NCBI GenBank assembly: GCA_951406725.2
Contig: OX597816.1
Location: 48,608,001-48,672,000, forward strand
Source: Octopus vulgaris
Taxonomy: Eukaryota
Direction of reading: 5' to 3'
DNA: 64,000 nucleotides
Shown piece by piece: positions 24,105 to 37,172 of the stretch (the stretch's first letter is position 1; each line of letters starts with the position of its first letter). Below the pieces are notes generated by a model. That model was not told where the DNA came from. It made no database searches and saw nothing but the letters and a program-made list of their open reading frames with translations. A program made the position numbers and the translations under genes.

Positions 24105-26212
24105 ACATACATATGTATACACACACACACACACACACATACACACACATGCACAAATTAGCCTAATGCAGTGATGAGATATCTCAATGTGGTTGTTTGA
24201 GCAGCTAGAAATAATAGCCAAATCTCTCTCTAATCATACCTTACATCTTGAAAATAAAAGGAAGGATTTGTTGGAAAACATAGACCTAGATACAGTATGT
24301 TGGGGCAATGGAAGGTTGGAATGGTTTAGCAGGAATTCCTTTGAGACAGTATTGCTTGATAAGCAACATCAACAAGAAGAGCAGCAACAGCTAATGATAC
24401 AATCACTGCATCTAAATAATATATGAAGTTGCAGGTAATTGCAATTTTAAATGTATGAGATGTATTGGTTAAGAGTATAAGGTGGAAGACAACTCGTCCA
24501 CATAGTTATAAGTTCAGACCTTATAACAGTCATTCTGTGCACTTCGTTAAAAAGAAACAAGTATGCTTGCTCCAGCTTGATGGAACAGATAAAAATACAG
24601 ACCCCTTCCCCTCGGCTCTACTTCTTCATAATTATGTAGTTAGAAGTGCGAAGGGCATCTTGCTTTAAAAATATTGCTATGACAAATAAATCCTGTGAGC
24701 TGGGAATGAAAAAGAAAAAAAGTAAAATAGTTTTAAAAAAGAAACATTTATTAAAATCTGAAGATTTTTAAATATTTTATTTCATGTGATAGTTGGAAAC
24801 CCAGAAATAGAATGGTTGTTATTTGAAGAGAAAATAAATACTTTGCTGGATTTCTAAAAGGCTCTGTTACAGTTGTTATAATCAGATAAATCACTTGGCA
24901 CACAGTGCTGATTTTCTTAATGGCTGAGAGCAAAACAGCTGCTTGACGCCTGCACAGAAGAATCTATAGAAGAATCTTAGAAATCAGCAATCTAAGAATC
25001 CTTAATTTGAGATACACAAGCTATCTTTACTTCATCCACGTCCATGGGAAAAACCTTCAGCTGTTTGGTAAAGAAAAGACTCATTCACCAACACACTCAA
25101 AACTGCCATGTAGTTGGTTTTTCATGCCAGAATTATTTCTCAAATCTCCCTCTGACTAATCCCACCTCTCCATTGCTACCACTACAATCTGTTTTGAAAA
25201 ACAAACTTGAGTGAATTCAGACCAGTTATCCAGTTTATAAGCTCTCCTCCACCCCACCCCCTGCCAACCTACCCACATTCTGTTTATGATAAAGAGACAG
25301 AAATTGCTGAAGATTATGCTGCAGATCATTAATAATAGAATTTAAAATTTTACAAATTGTGTGTAAGCATGTGTGTGATTGTGATTTGTCTTATTGTATT
25401 ATCTTGATGGAATTTGCGCAAACTAATTTGTCATTGGCTAACAGCATCCATAATCTCAGGGTTTATAGATTTATATAGTAATGCTTAAGAAATTTGGTGA
25501 TCCTGTTTATTGTCCTCACAGAGGTTTCTCTGCCCATTATTGTGTGTTGCTATTGGTCAGCCGATGACTTTTGTATCAAGTCTGCAGATGTTACTTCCAA
25601 AAATTTCCCCTGTAACCCTAAGCTGAGTGGTTGTCAGGTTCTCTGTCTTGCTGAAGGGCTAGCTTATTTCTATATTAGCTTACAACCCTTATTTCTAGAG
25701 TTTGTTTCCCTATCTGCCACATGGAGACCAGCCAGGTAAGTGTTCTCTCTGCAAATCGTATTCTTGTGATCAAATTTTTATATCATATTTTTATTACACT
25801 ATAAAAATAACAAGAAACACCCCTAAAAAAAAAAACATAGGATAGCAAGATTCTTCTTCAGCTCCTGGTTAAAACCTTGTTTCATTGTAAAATGTCTTGA
25901 ATACAAATCAGGGGTTTTGTTGAGATTAAAGGACAAAACACTCTGTTCTATATTGTCTTGGTTCACCTTGATAAAAAGTACTAAATCATCTCACAATATC
26001 AGTAGATAGGTTGTGGTGTTGAGGTTACATTTATCTTTTCTCTACTTCAAGCTCTGGAACTAGGGCTAACCTAAATGCCTTATAATCACCCAGTGGGTTT
26101 TGGAGACTAATATATTGTATGAAATTTACTGTACATAGTTTAGGTCTAAATCTGCACTTGTTCTCTCAGACATGGCCTTTTTTTTAAATATTTATTTATT
26201 TCTGTTAACACA

Positions 26213-26645
26213 ATCAAATCAAAATCGAAATCGATCAACATCAATGGAATTTGTAGTTGTGGTACCAGTGCCAGTGGCACATAAGAGAACCATCCGAACG
26301 TGGCCGTTGCCAGCACCGCATCTACTGGCCTCCGTGCTGGTAGCACGTAACAAACACCATCCGATCATGACTGTGCCAGCCTTGCCTGGCCTCTGTGCCG
26401 GTGGCACGTAAAAAGCACCATCCGAGCATGGCCGTTTGCCAGCCTCGTCTGGCACCTGTGTTGGTGGCACATAAAAAGCACCCACTACACTCATGGAGTG
26501 GTTGGCGTTAGGAAGGGCATCCAGCTGTAGAAACACTGCCAGATATGACTGGCCTGGTGCAGCCTTCGAGCTTCCCAGACCCCAGTTGAACCGTCCAACC
26601 CATGCTAGCATGGAAAACGGACGTTAAACGATGATGATGATGATG
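26213..26645 (+). mobile_element. RTE 3'-UTR-only copy with (GAT)n tail
   Basis: Same internal GGTGGCACGTAAAAAGCACC repeats and tail as 30920-31410. Confidence 0.8.
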
Positions 26646-27234
26646 TCTGTGGGAGAAATATCATCCATTGCAGGTAATTTTTGTTTTTCAATCTGTGTCA
26701 TTTGAGCCGTTTTGGAAAAGCTGGGCTGCTGTTCTTGTATTCTTTGGCACCTCATCTGATGAAAGTGCTATATGTGAGTCTTGTGAGGGTACATACACGG
26801 TCAGTGCAGTGTCTCAGCCTTGTTCACATTCAGTTATTTTCATTCATCATCATCATCATCATGTTTTCCATGCTGGTATGGGTTGGATGGTTTGAGAGAA
26901 GCTGGCCAGCTGGAGAACTGCACCAGGTTCCAGCTGTCTGTTTTGATATGGTTTCTAAGATTGGATGCCCTTCATTATACCAACCACTTTACAGAGTGCA
27001 CTGGGTGCTTTTTACATTGCATCAGCACAGGAGCTTTATATGTGACACATGCAAAGGTGCATTTTACATGGCACCAGCAAGATAAAAGGGGAAAAAATTT
27101 TCTTATAATTAAAATATAGGAACATCTTCATTGCTTCCTTTCAGAGTACTTCTAGGTGAAGTCAAATAATGATATGAGAGTTACTTACATTGGGAGACAA
27201 AAGATAAACTTGCCATTCTGAAAGGCACCTCTTA

Positions 27235-27612
27235 TACTCTTTTACTTGTTTCAGTCATTTGACTGTGGCCATGCTGGAGCACTGCCTTTAGTCGAGCAAA
27301 TCAACCCCAGGACTTATTCTTTGTAAGCCTAATACTTATTCTATCGGTCTCTTTTGCCGAACCACTAAGTTACGGGGACGTAAATGCACCAGCATTGGTT
27401 GTCAAGCGATGTTGGGGGGACAAACACAGACGCACAAACATCACACACACACACACACATATATACGACAGGCTTCTTTCAGTTTTGGTCTGCCAAATCC
27501 ACTCACAAGGCTATAGTAGAAGACACTTGCCCAAGGTGCCATGCAGTGGGACTGAACCCGGAACCATGTGGTTCGTAAGCAAGCTACTTACCACACAGCC
27601 TCTCCTACGCCT
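27235..27612 (-). mobile_element. tRNA-derived SINE (family A)
   Basis: Colinear with 12733-13135. Confidence 0.88.
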
Positions 27613-27831
27613 ATACTGCTGATAAAGACATAAACATTATCAATGTTTGCTTCTTTATTTGCTTCAAATTAAAAAGAAAATACTGAACACTAAAATATCA
27701 CTAATTCTTTTTGTTTCCTTAAATGTAAACTTAGAAATTCTTATATGATACAAAAAAAAGACTATTTTATTTTATTTTTTATGACTTGGTGTTGTGCCCT
27801 TCATCGATCAACTCAATAGCAAATAAAAGCA

Positions 27832-28545
27832 AGTGATGAAACCATTCTGCATGCCCTCATTCAGTGTCTGGGCATTGCTGACTTGTAAGGTTATGTTGAA
27901 CAGTTGCTGTCTTGTGTGGGACGGATCTGTCTGTCGGTTGAGTCTGTAGTGATGATTGCACCACTGCCTTCCTTCAATCGGGAAGGCAAGGCAGTTTTCC
28001 TTTGTCTGTTGGCTGTGGTGAAAGAAGTGTTTGGTGGACAAGGCTGAAAGGCATGGGGACATACATTTCTCTTTGGCAGAGCTCTAATTGACTTCAAATT
28101 TCACTTGAAAAGGAAATTGAGAGTGGAAAGTAAAGTGCTGTCCTCGAGTGAGTTTATTGAAAGGTGGGCAAAAGTTGTGAAAATGGCAAGAGTGGATGGT
28201 ACTTCTCTAAGTGTAGACCTGTGAGTCAGAGAGAAGGAATTGGAGAGGGCACTTGCTCCTAGGGTTTGAGGGAAATCTTCGACAGTGGGGTTCCTCGATT
28301 ATCCCTCGAGGCATTCCTGTCTCAGAAGGGTCACATCTCTATCATCTCTTCCCCATTTTTTTTCTTTTTTACCTTTGTACACTATGCATGTGTTCCTTCT
28401 TTTCCAGTGTATGCCATATATACTTATTTTTTTTTTATCATTTCACTATTATATGTAAACACCCACACTTTATGTCTGTCTTTGTACTGTCCCCTCATCC
28501 ATTGCCCTTGTGACAAATAAATTAATTCATTGTTATTATTATTAA
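27832..28545 (+). mobile_element. 3' end of an L1/Tx1-clade LINE (end of ORF2, 3' UTR, (TTA)n tail)
   Basis: Reads DETILHALIQC (second half of a CCHC knuckle), then KEV/VWWTRLKG across a frameshift, then EFIERWAKV; AATAAA and TTA repeats at the end. Confidence 0.75.
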
Positions 28546-28758
28546 AGAGGATAAAGCAGTGAGCTGGTAGAATCGTTAGCACACTAGGCAAAATTCTTTG
28601 CTGTATTTCGGCCATCACTATGTTCTGAGTTCAAATTCCACCATGGTCGACTTTGTCTTTCCTCCTTTTGGGGTTGATAAATTAAGTACCAGTTGATTAC
28701 AGGGATCGATGTAATCGACTACCCCCTTCCCCAAATTTCAGCCCTTGTGCCTAGAGTA

Positions 28759-28915
28759 GAACACATGCATAGCGTACAAAGGTAAAAAAGAAAAAAATGG
28801 GGAAGAGATGATAAAGATATGACCCTTCTGAGACAGGAATGCCTCGAGGGATAATCGAGGAACCCCACTGTCCTAGATTTCTTTGAAACCCTAGGAGCAA
28901 GTGCCCTCTCCAATT
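28759..28915 (-). repeat. Inverted copy of the LINE 3' UTR segment 28237-28395
   Basis: GAACACATGCAT...CTAGGAGCAAGTGCCCTCTCCAATT is the reverse complement of AATTGGAGAGGGCACTTGCTCCTAG...ATGCATGTGTTC. Confidence 0.93.
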
Positions 28916-29390
28916 ATTATTAAAGAGGGTGAGTTGGCAGAGTTATTAGCATTCTGTTTTGTGGCATTTTGTCCATTCTACATTCTAAATTCAAATTTCA
29001 CCTACGTTGACTTTGCCTTTCATTCTCTCAGGGGATGATAAAATAACACTGGGATTGATGTATTTGTCTTACCCCTCCCGCAAAATGGTTGACCTTGTGC
29101 CAAAATTTGAAACCTTTATTACTATTATTATTGTGTGAGAGAACAGTGCATACCATCATTGTTATTATTATTATTATTAGGTGGTAAGCTGGCAGAATCA
29201 TTAGCAATCCAGGCCAAATGCTTAGCAGTATTTCTCCTGTCGCTATGTTCTGAGTTCAAATTCTGCCAAGGTCCACTTTTCCTTTCATCCTTTTGGGGTC
29301 GATGAATTAAGTACCAATGAAACACTGGGGTCAATGTGATTGACTGTCCCCCTCCCACAAAATCCAGGCCTTGTGCCTATAGTAGAAAGG

Positions 29391-29422
<32 letters not shown>

Positions 29423-30207
29423 GGCTACCATACTGTAAAGTCACGGAAATTTGGAGCTCTGTAAGTTGAAATAGTGTTTGCAATCTTTTTGGCCTTCTAA
29501 GGCCCTGTGTTTTTATTTTATTGTTACCATTGCATTTCTGAGATTGTCTGGACTGTGCCAATGGTATTTTTGTGTAGAAACACCTGTTTTGCCGAAGGTG
29601 CATAAATATTTTTTTGAATATTAACAACTGTCAGTAGAAAATGATATTTTGCCGTTTTCATTATTCCGTTAAAGATGGCTGATAAAGAAGCCATCATAAT
29701 GTTCGACAATGGAACACGTTGCTGATTGCAGAAAAACGAGAACAAAAATGTAGAATGGCCTAAACTTAATGTTTAGAGATTGTTTTGTCTCTAAGCAATG
29801 TCAAATCTTTCGTGATGACAAAGACAACAGCAGCAGTGACAACAACAACAACAATACTAAAGAGAGAAAGCTTAGAAACATGAATATTACTACTTTGACC
29901 GCCACCAAAACTGCGTCCGCTGTAATTTCTTTTTGTGATTACTGTGAGAAATTTGGAGGATTTCCGCATAGATGAAGATTTAATGATAGCAAGGAAAATA
30001 GTAAAAAGGAATGGGAGAAGGGTAGTTCTAAATTCTCCATCCAATGTGATAGAGTATATATTAAGAAGCACAGTCATGCACTGCTGCATCAGAGTTAAGT
30101 CACACTGGGTAGAAAATGCACCTGAGAGCAAAATACAAAAATGCTTTGTGCATGTGTGGGGACAAAAGACCCACATCACCCAAGGAAAGAAGTTTGAAAC
30201 TATTCAG

Positions 30208-31410
30208 AGAACAACTTCTGCCACATTCCAAGGAGAAATACTAGAAGTAGTTGATAGCTTCTGTTACCTAGGTGACCAAGTCAGTAGTGGGGGTGGGTGC
30301 TCTGAAAGTGTAGCTGCTAGAATAAGAATAGCCTGAGCAAAGTTCAGAGAGCTCCTACCTCTGCTGGTGACAAAGGGCCTCTCGCTCAGAGTAAAAGGGA
30401 GACTGTATGACGCATGTGTATGAACAGCCATGCTACATGGCAGTGATGCATGGGCCATGACTGCCGAGGACATGCGTAAGCTTGCAAGAAATGAAGCCAG
30501 TAAGCTCCGATGGATGTGTAATGTCAGTGTGCATACTTGACAGAGTGTAAATACCTTGAGAGAAAAGTTGGGCCTAAGAAGCATCAGATGTGGTGTGCAA
30601 AAGAGAAGACTGCACTGGTATGGTCATGTGGCAAGAATGGATGAAGATAGCTGTGTGAAAAAGTGTCACACCCTAGCGGTTGAGGGAAACTGTAGAAACT
30701 GTAGACCCAGGAAGACCTGGGATGAGTTGTGAAGCATGACCTTCGAACCGAGGCAATGACTAGTGACCGAGACCTTTGGAAGTATGCTGTGCTTGAGAAG
30801 ACCCAGCAAGCCAAGTAAGGCCTTAACTGATGGTCTATGCCAGTGGTGTAACCAGCCCACTTAGGTATACCTTTCTTTCATTGGACTCTAAACTCTGCTT
30901 GCGAAGACCTGTCGAGGCAAGTGAAATCGAACTCAAATTCGATGACAGCACCGCATGACTGGCATCCGTGCTAGTGGAGCGCTAAGAGCACCATCCGAGC
31001 ATGATTGTTTGCCAGGGCCACTGACTGGCCCCTGTGCTGGTGGCACATAAAAAGCACCATTCAATCATGATTGTTAGCAGCATCGCCTTACTGGCACTTG
31101 TGCCTGTGGTACATGAAAAACAACATTTGAGTAAGGGCGTTGTTAGTGCTGCTGGACTGGCTCCTGTGCAGGTGACATGTAAAAACACCATTTGAGCGTG
31201 GCCGTTGCCAGTACTGCCTGACTGGTCCTTGTGCCAGTGACATGTAAAAGCACCCACTACACTCTCGGAGTGGTTAGCATAAGGATGTGTAGAAACTCTG
31301 CCAGATCAGATTGGAGCCTAGTGTAGCCATCTGGCTCACCAGTCCCAAGTCAAACTGTCTAACCCATGCTAGCATGGAAAGTGGACGTTGAACGATGATG
31401 ATGATGATGA
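30208..31410 (+). mobile_element. 5'-truncated RTE LINE with 3' UTR and (GAT)n tail
   Basis: TSATFQGEILEVVDSFCYLGD..RIRIA* matches 115..801; in-frame stops; tail at 31394-31410. Confidence 0.9.
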
Positions 31411-33049
31411 TATATATATATACATACACACATTGTCATCATCATCATTATCGTCTTCTAATATCCATTGTCAATGCTGGTATGGGTTAGACGGTTTGAC
31501 CAGGGCTGGTAAGCTGAGTGGCTGCACCAAACTCCAGTCTGATTTGGCATAGTTTCGACGGTTGGATGCCCTTCCAAATGCCAACCACTCCAAAAGTGTA
31601 ATGAGTACTTTTATGTGCCATGGGCACGGGTACCAGTTATGTGACACTGGCATTACATGAACGTCTACTTTTCCATGTTTGCATGGATCAGATATCAAAT
31701 TATCTGAGGTAGATTTCCTACAGCCAGATCCCCTTCCTGTCATTATCCCTCACCTGTCTCCAAACAAGGTGACATTTCTTCATGACTGGTTTTGTTTTCA
31801 CTGAATTCTTGGAATGGATGACACTTCCTGAGTGTCAGTGACATTCAATGACAACCACCATGTGATGTCAAGAGACAGGGACACAAACATACACACACAC
31901 ATAAAGGCAGGCTTCATAGGATCAAGAACAGGAGGTGCAGGGAGTGAAAGTGCACCCCTCTAAAATTTGGGGTGCGGGGCAATGAACACACTTTGAATAT
32001 ATTCCTGGAAAACTGGGTTTTGGAGCCCCTAAGCAAATGTCATTCCCACTTATGACAGACAGGAGACATTGCTCGGTCTGAGGCTTCAGTAGAAGAAACT
32101 TGCCCAAAGTAGTACCCAATGGGACTGAACCTGAAATTATGTGGTTTAGCATCAAACTTCTCAACCACACAGCCACATCTGTGCCTAAACTTATAAAGTG
32201 TGTGTGTGTGTGTTGGCATTTCATGACATTGATTGAGACTGATGGAGTGAAACTGATAAGATGTTTATATGCCTTGTAGACACTGAGACTGATCTTTCTG
32301 TGCTTTTGAAGTCCAGTGGAATAAAAAAATAAATTCCTTTGCTTAAAAAAATAAAGGTTGGTAACAGGAAAAGCATCCAGCTATAAAATACTGCCGCACA
32401 TAAATCCCTGTCCAGCTTGTGTTAAAATGGATAAATGCAGGGCCAGCTTAAGGTAACGACAATTTAGGCAGTCGTCCGGGGCACCATGTGCTTTTTAGTC
32501 TACGTTTTCAGTTTTTCTCCTTGTGAAAGTTTTAAAAGATTATACTTGTAAGAGCACTGAAGTTCAGCTTGCCAAAGTTACCAGCAACTCTAGGGCCAGC
32601 CCCGGATAGATGGACTCAACAAAGAAACAAATTGTATTAAACAAACTGTCTGGTTAATCTTTGTAGCTGTTGTATATCAAAGTTGTAAAAGCAAAAGCTA
32701 TTTACTTGGAGACAAAAAAAAATCTTGCTCATTAACCTTACTGTGGCCACTGGACTGTATTAACAAGGTTTCATTTAACTGGCTTTTTCCATTACTGCTT
32801 CTGCTAGCCTGAACTAGCAAGCATCATTCACTTGATGAGCCTGCTGTCCTACATCAGTTCCTCATCATTGCTGCAATGCCACATCCTTGAATGCTTGGCA
32901 TAAATATGAATGTGTGCCCTCCGTGTTCCCAAGGTATTGTTCCTCACCTCATAACTTTCCGAAAAATGAATTTTTAAAAATTTAATTTTTGTACTTGGCT
33001 TGCAAGATTCTTTGTGTGAATTTGTGTGTTTAAAACAAATTTTGTTGTC

Positions 33050-33352
33050 TTGTTTGTTCCTTCTCGAGCCACGCCTGGCTCATAAGGGCTGGCTTCCCGG
33101 TTTCCTTGGTGTATAGGTTCCCCACCTGGACGGAACGCCAGTCCGTTGCAGGTGAGCTGCAAGATGCAGGAGGACAGAGTGAGAGAAAGTTGTGGCGAAA
33201 GAGTCAGCAGAGATTCGCCATTACCTTCTGCCGGAGCCGCGTGGAGCTTAGGTGTTTTGCTCATAAACAAACACATCGCCCAGTCTGAGATTTGAACCCG
33301 CAATCCCTCGACTGCAAGTCTGCTGCTCTAACCACTAGGCCATGTGCCTCCA
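33050..33352 (-). mobile_element. tRNA-derived SINE (family C-related)
   Basis: Reverse complement starts GGAGGCACATGGCCTAGTGGTTAGAGCAGCAGAC...GGGTTCAAATC (A and B boxes). Confidence 0.8.
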
Positions 33353-33707
33353 CTTGTTGTGTCTTGGGAGAGTTATTATGCCAATATTAAATACGTGACC
33401 TCCATAGTGAACTGGAAGAGATAGTTACCTAGCTTACAAATGGCAACAAAAGAACTTTAACATAAAACGGAAGGAAAAAAAAAGCAAAAAATCCCAAATA
33501 TTATCAACTGTTTAAATGAGTTAAACAATCAATCAATTAGTTAATTGGATAGATATTCAACCAATTAACTGATAATAAAGGAGTGGAATTGAACAAGTGC
33601 GTGTGTTAATTATATTTGTATAATGACTCTCCTTAAATACAGCAGAATTTACGCTTTAAATATCATTTTCAATGAATACATTATTAGTTTAGATTTTCAT
33701 TATATTG

Positions 33708-33842
33708 GAATTTGATGTAAAAAAAAAAAAAAATGGAAGGAGTGTGGATAATTCACACACTTCATCAAAACGTATGAGGAAACAAAATCCAAATGTGTGA
33801 ATTATTCAACCCACCCCCTTTTTTTTTTTGCTCATCAAATTC
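33708..33842. repeat. Imperfect inverted repeat (MITE-like hairpin)
   Basis: GAATTTGATG-A(n)-...ATAATTCACACA vs TGTGTGAATTAT...-T(n)-CATCAAATTC. Confidence 0.7.
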
Positions 33843-34623
33843 TGATATCATTGCAATTTATACCACCTGAAAGATATTTGTCGAAGTTTTTATTTTTAAA
33901 ATATTCAATTTTCTTGAAGTTATGAAGAAACAAATTGATTCGTGTGAATTAACTAAGACTTCTCTTTACCCCTCTCAAATAGTGTTTCACAGTAAATTCC
34001 AGTATAATGTTAATCTGAATCTAAAGTTTTATACCTGGAAAATTTCATTAAAGAATATGCATTTTTTTTCAGTGAGTTATGAAGAAATAAAATCTGAGAT
34101 ACACTACGTCTGTAGTTATGCTGAAATTTTAAGTCCTGTTTAACCATCTTTCTTAAGAACTGCAGACATTTATCTACAGAAATATTCCAGCTTTAATCGA
34201 CTGATGCCACAGTGTGGAATAACGTGCAACTTTGCCGTCAGAACACCTTCACTATGAACGCGCTTACGCTCTCTCTCTATCTCTCTTCCTCTCTTTCTCT
34301 CTCTCTCTCTTTATTTCTCCCTCTCTCTCTCTCTGATATACACAAATACATACGCACATACAAGTTTCCATTTTCAAGGGAAGTAACTTTTACTTACTAA
34401 GGGAGATAACTCTGTGATACCTATCTGACATCCAGTTTTATGGTGTACTTGTAATATTATCAGTGATAATGATTTTTCTAACCGCTCTCTTAGGAAGGCA
34501 TCTCTTTGTCTTTTCTAAACTAGGTTTTCCTCTTCTTTCCATACACGGACACACACACACACACACACATATCGTTTGTAGAAAACATAAATCTGGAGAA
34601 GCACACTCTAAGCTGTAGAGAGT

Positions 34624-34655
34624 GTATATTTTAATATTTTAATGGGCCTTCCCCA

Positions 34656-34724
<69 letters not shown>

Positions 34725-34747
34725 CCCATTAAAATATTAAAATATAC
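34624..34747. repeat. Perfect 27-bp inverted repeat flanking an (AT)n microsatellite
   Basis: GTATATTTTAATATTTTAATGGGCCTT (34624-34650) / AAGGCCCATTAAAATATTAAAATATAC (34721-34747). Confidence 0.95.
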
Positions 34748-35563
34748 GCTGCTCTATAACTTTACAAATGTAAATTCACTGTGTTTTATGTATAACACAG
34801 ATTTTTATCTATTTATATATATCTTTATATTTATACACTTGGAATTTATATATCCGTTTTGTAAATGTGGAAGAATATATGAATATATGTATGTATTTGA
34901 ACTTCGAGTGTGGATCTTAATTATGTTCCTCTTGTTTCCGCTTGCATTGCCTCCGTTGAAATTAAAAAGTATATATATATCCAGCTGTAGAAACACTGCC
35001 AGATCAGACTGGAGCCTGGTGCAGCCCCTGGCTTCCCAGACCCCGGTCGAACCGTCCAACCTGTGCTAGCACAGAAAACGGACATTAAACGATGATGATG
35101 ATATTTATATGTATGTATGGCACTCCGTCGGTTGTGACAATATTCCAGTGGATCCATTCAACAGAACAGCCTGGTTGTGAAATTTACGGGCAAGTGGTCG
35201 AGCACTCCACAGACATGTGTACCCTTAACGTAGTTCTCACGAAGATTCAGTGTGACAAGGCTGACCCTTTGAAATACAAGCACTATTCATTGTTGTCAGC
35301 TGAGTGGACTGGAGCAACATGGAATAAAGTGTCTTGCTCAAGAACACAACTCACCGCTGGGAATTGAACTCACAACCTTATGATCATAAGCCGAATGTCC
35401 CTAACCACTAAGCCACACACCTTCACTTATATATACGCCCTCTAGCATCTTTGTGGGTAGAGTCCTCAAGCACTTCCTTCATAAAGACCTATCACTAGCA
35501 AACCTAATTAGACTTCTGAGCGTGATCAACTGAAATTGTGGATATTATTTAGCCATCTTGTTA

Positions 35564-35716
35564 TTCTTTTACTCTTTTACTTGTTTCAGTCATTTGACTG
35601 CGGCCATGCTGGAGCACCACCTTCAGTCTCTTTTGCCGAACCGCTAAGTGACGGGGACGTAAACACACCAGCATCAGTTGTCAAGCAATGCTAGGGGGAC
35701 AAATACAGACACACAA

Positions 35717-35747
<31 letters not shown>

Positions 35748-35917
35748 CATATATACGACAGGCTTCTTTTCAGTTTCCGTCTACCAAATCCACTCACAAG
35801 GCATTGGTCGGCCCGGGGCTATAGCAGAAGACACTTGCCCAAGATGCCACGCAATGGGACTGAACCCGGAACCATGTGGTTGGTTAGCAAGCTACTTACC
35901 ACACAGCCACTCCTGCA

Positions 35918-35920
<3 letters not shown>
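35564..35920 (-). mobile_element. tRNA-derived SINE (family A), internally deleted
   Basis: Colinear with 12733-13135. Confidence 0.88.
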
Positions 35921-35957
<37 letters not shown>

Positions 35958-36487
35958 GTTAGCAAATGGCCATTTCCTATCAAATAAAGTCTTCTACTCT
36001 ACACAATATGTGTATTCAGTAATCAGTTGAACTTTGTTCCATACTGCATGCACCCTGTGACACATACACACACGCATTAAGGACACTTGGTTTTCACTAA
36101 CACATTAGGTCATCTGAATTAGTGAAGGCAGAGATTCTTCGCCAAACATCAAATCTGTAAAATACACCTATTTGATCTCTTGTTAGATTTCTAATCTCCT
36201 TGATCTTTGATTCAAGAATTCTGGCACACACACACACATGTGTCTGTGTGTGTTTATCAGATCTGAGAAATGTCATTTTTTTATATGTAAATTGTATGTT
36301 TGTGTTGCTCCCCTACCTATAATAAAATGTATATAAATAAAGATAAAATAAATGTTGGTGAATTTTAAAGTTCACTAGTTTTTTCAAATTCTACACACAC
36401 ATTAATGTACACATACTGCAGTTACTTTCATACTTTTTGTTTTTAATTCAATTTGCTTTCTCGTGTTATATATAACATGAGAAACAA

Positions 36488-36717
36488 AGCGGTGAGCTGG
36501 CAGACACATTAGCGTGCCGGGCGAAATGCTTAGTGGTATTTCGTCTGCCGTTACGTTCTGAGTTCAAATTCCGCCAAGGTCGACTATGTCTTTCATCCTT
36601 TCGGGTTCGATAAATAAAGTACCAGTTTCACACTGGGGTCGATGTAATCGACCTAATCCCTTTGTCTGTCCTTGTTTGTCCCCTCTATGTTTAGCCCGTT
36701 GTGGGCAATAAAGAAAT
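36488..36717 (+). mobile_element. Family B SINE
   Basis: GCGGTGAGCTGGCAGA...GAGTTCAAATTCC...GTGGGCAATAAAGAAATA; matches 52946-53173 and 56278-56510. Confidence 0.85.
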
Positions 36718-36920
36718 ATATATATAACACGAGAAAGCAGATGGGCTTCCACAGGTTCTATTTACCATATTCATTCGCATGGCATGGGTCAGTCAGGGTT
36801 ATAGTAGAAAAACACTTGTTGAAGGTGCTTCACAGTGAGACTGAACCCAAAACCATGTGATTGTAATTTTGTCTTTGGATGTAATTGTATGATTTAATAA
36901 CACGATTCCTATATTTTCAG

Positions 36921-37081
36921 GTAATTCCATACCTGCTGTGGCTAGGAATGGATCAATGCCACCCGGGATTGCCATGACACCAGGTGAATCAGCACAAACT
37001 AGTTTCAACTACTTGCCTCCAGAGAATGGTTATCATCAGCGTCCTCAAATTTCTCAAGGCTACCACCCTTATCGACGTTGA
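36921..37081 (+). CDS. DAZAP1: Terminal coding exon of the DAZAP1/Hrb27C-like gene with a C-terminal PY-NLS-type motif
   Basis: Acceptor atattttcag|GT; in phase 1 reads (S)NSIPAVARNGSMPPGIAMTPGESAQTSFNYLPPENGYHQRPQISQGYHPYRR*; HPYRR* is the characteristic DAZAP1/Hrb27C C-terminus; absent from the ORF track (<60 aa). Confidence 0.88.
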
Positions 37082-37172
37082 TGGGTGTGTGGTCAGTTCA
37101 TTTGGCCGTTTTTACTGTTGTTAATGTTAAAAATGTTTTTTTTTTTTTCGGACTCATTCATGAATGGAATTC

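Noticed and set aside
24360-24392. Additional Q-rich exon (QHQQEEQQQ)
   Set aside because: Short (CAA/CAG) remnant at the edge of a decayed repeat; no compatible splice sites
29560-30200. piggyBac-like remnant or host exon (ORFs 29769..29975 and 29935..30336)
   Set aside because: Only a vague Cys/His-rich resemblance, no TIR/TTAA identified; the longer ORF simply runs into the RTE fragment
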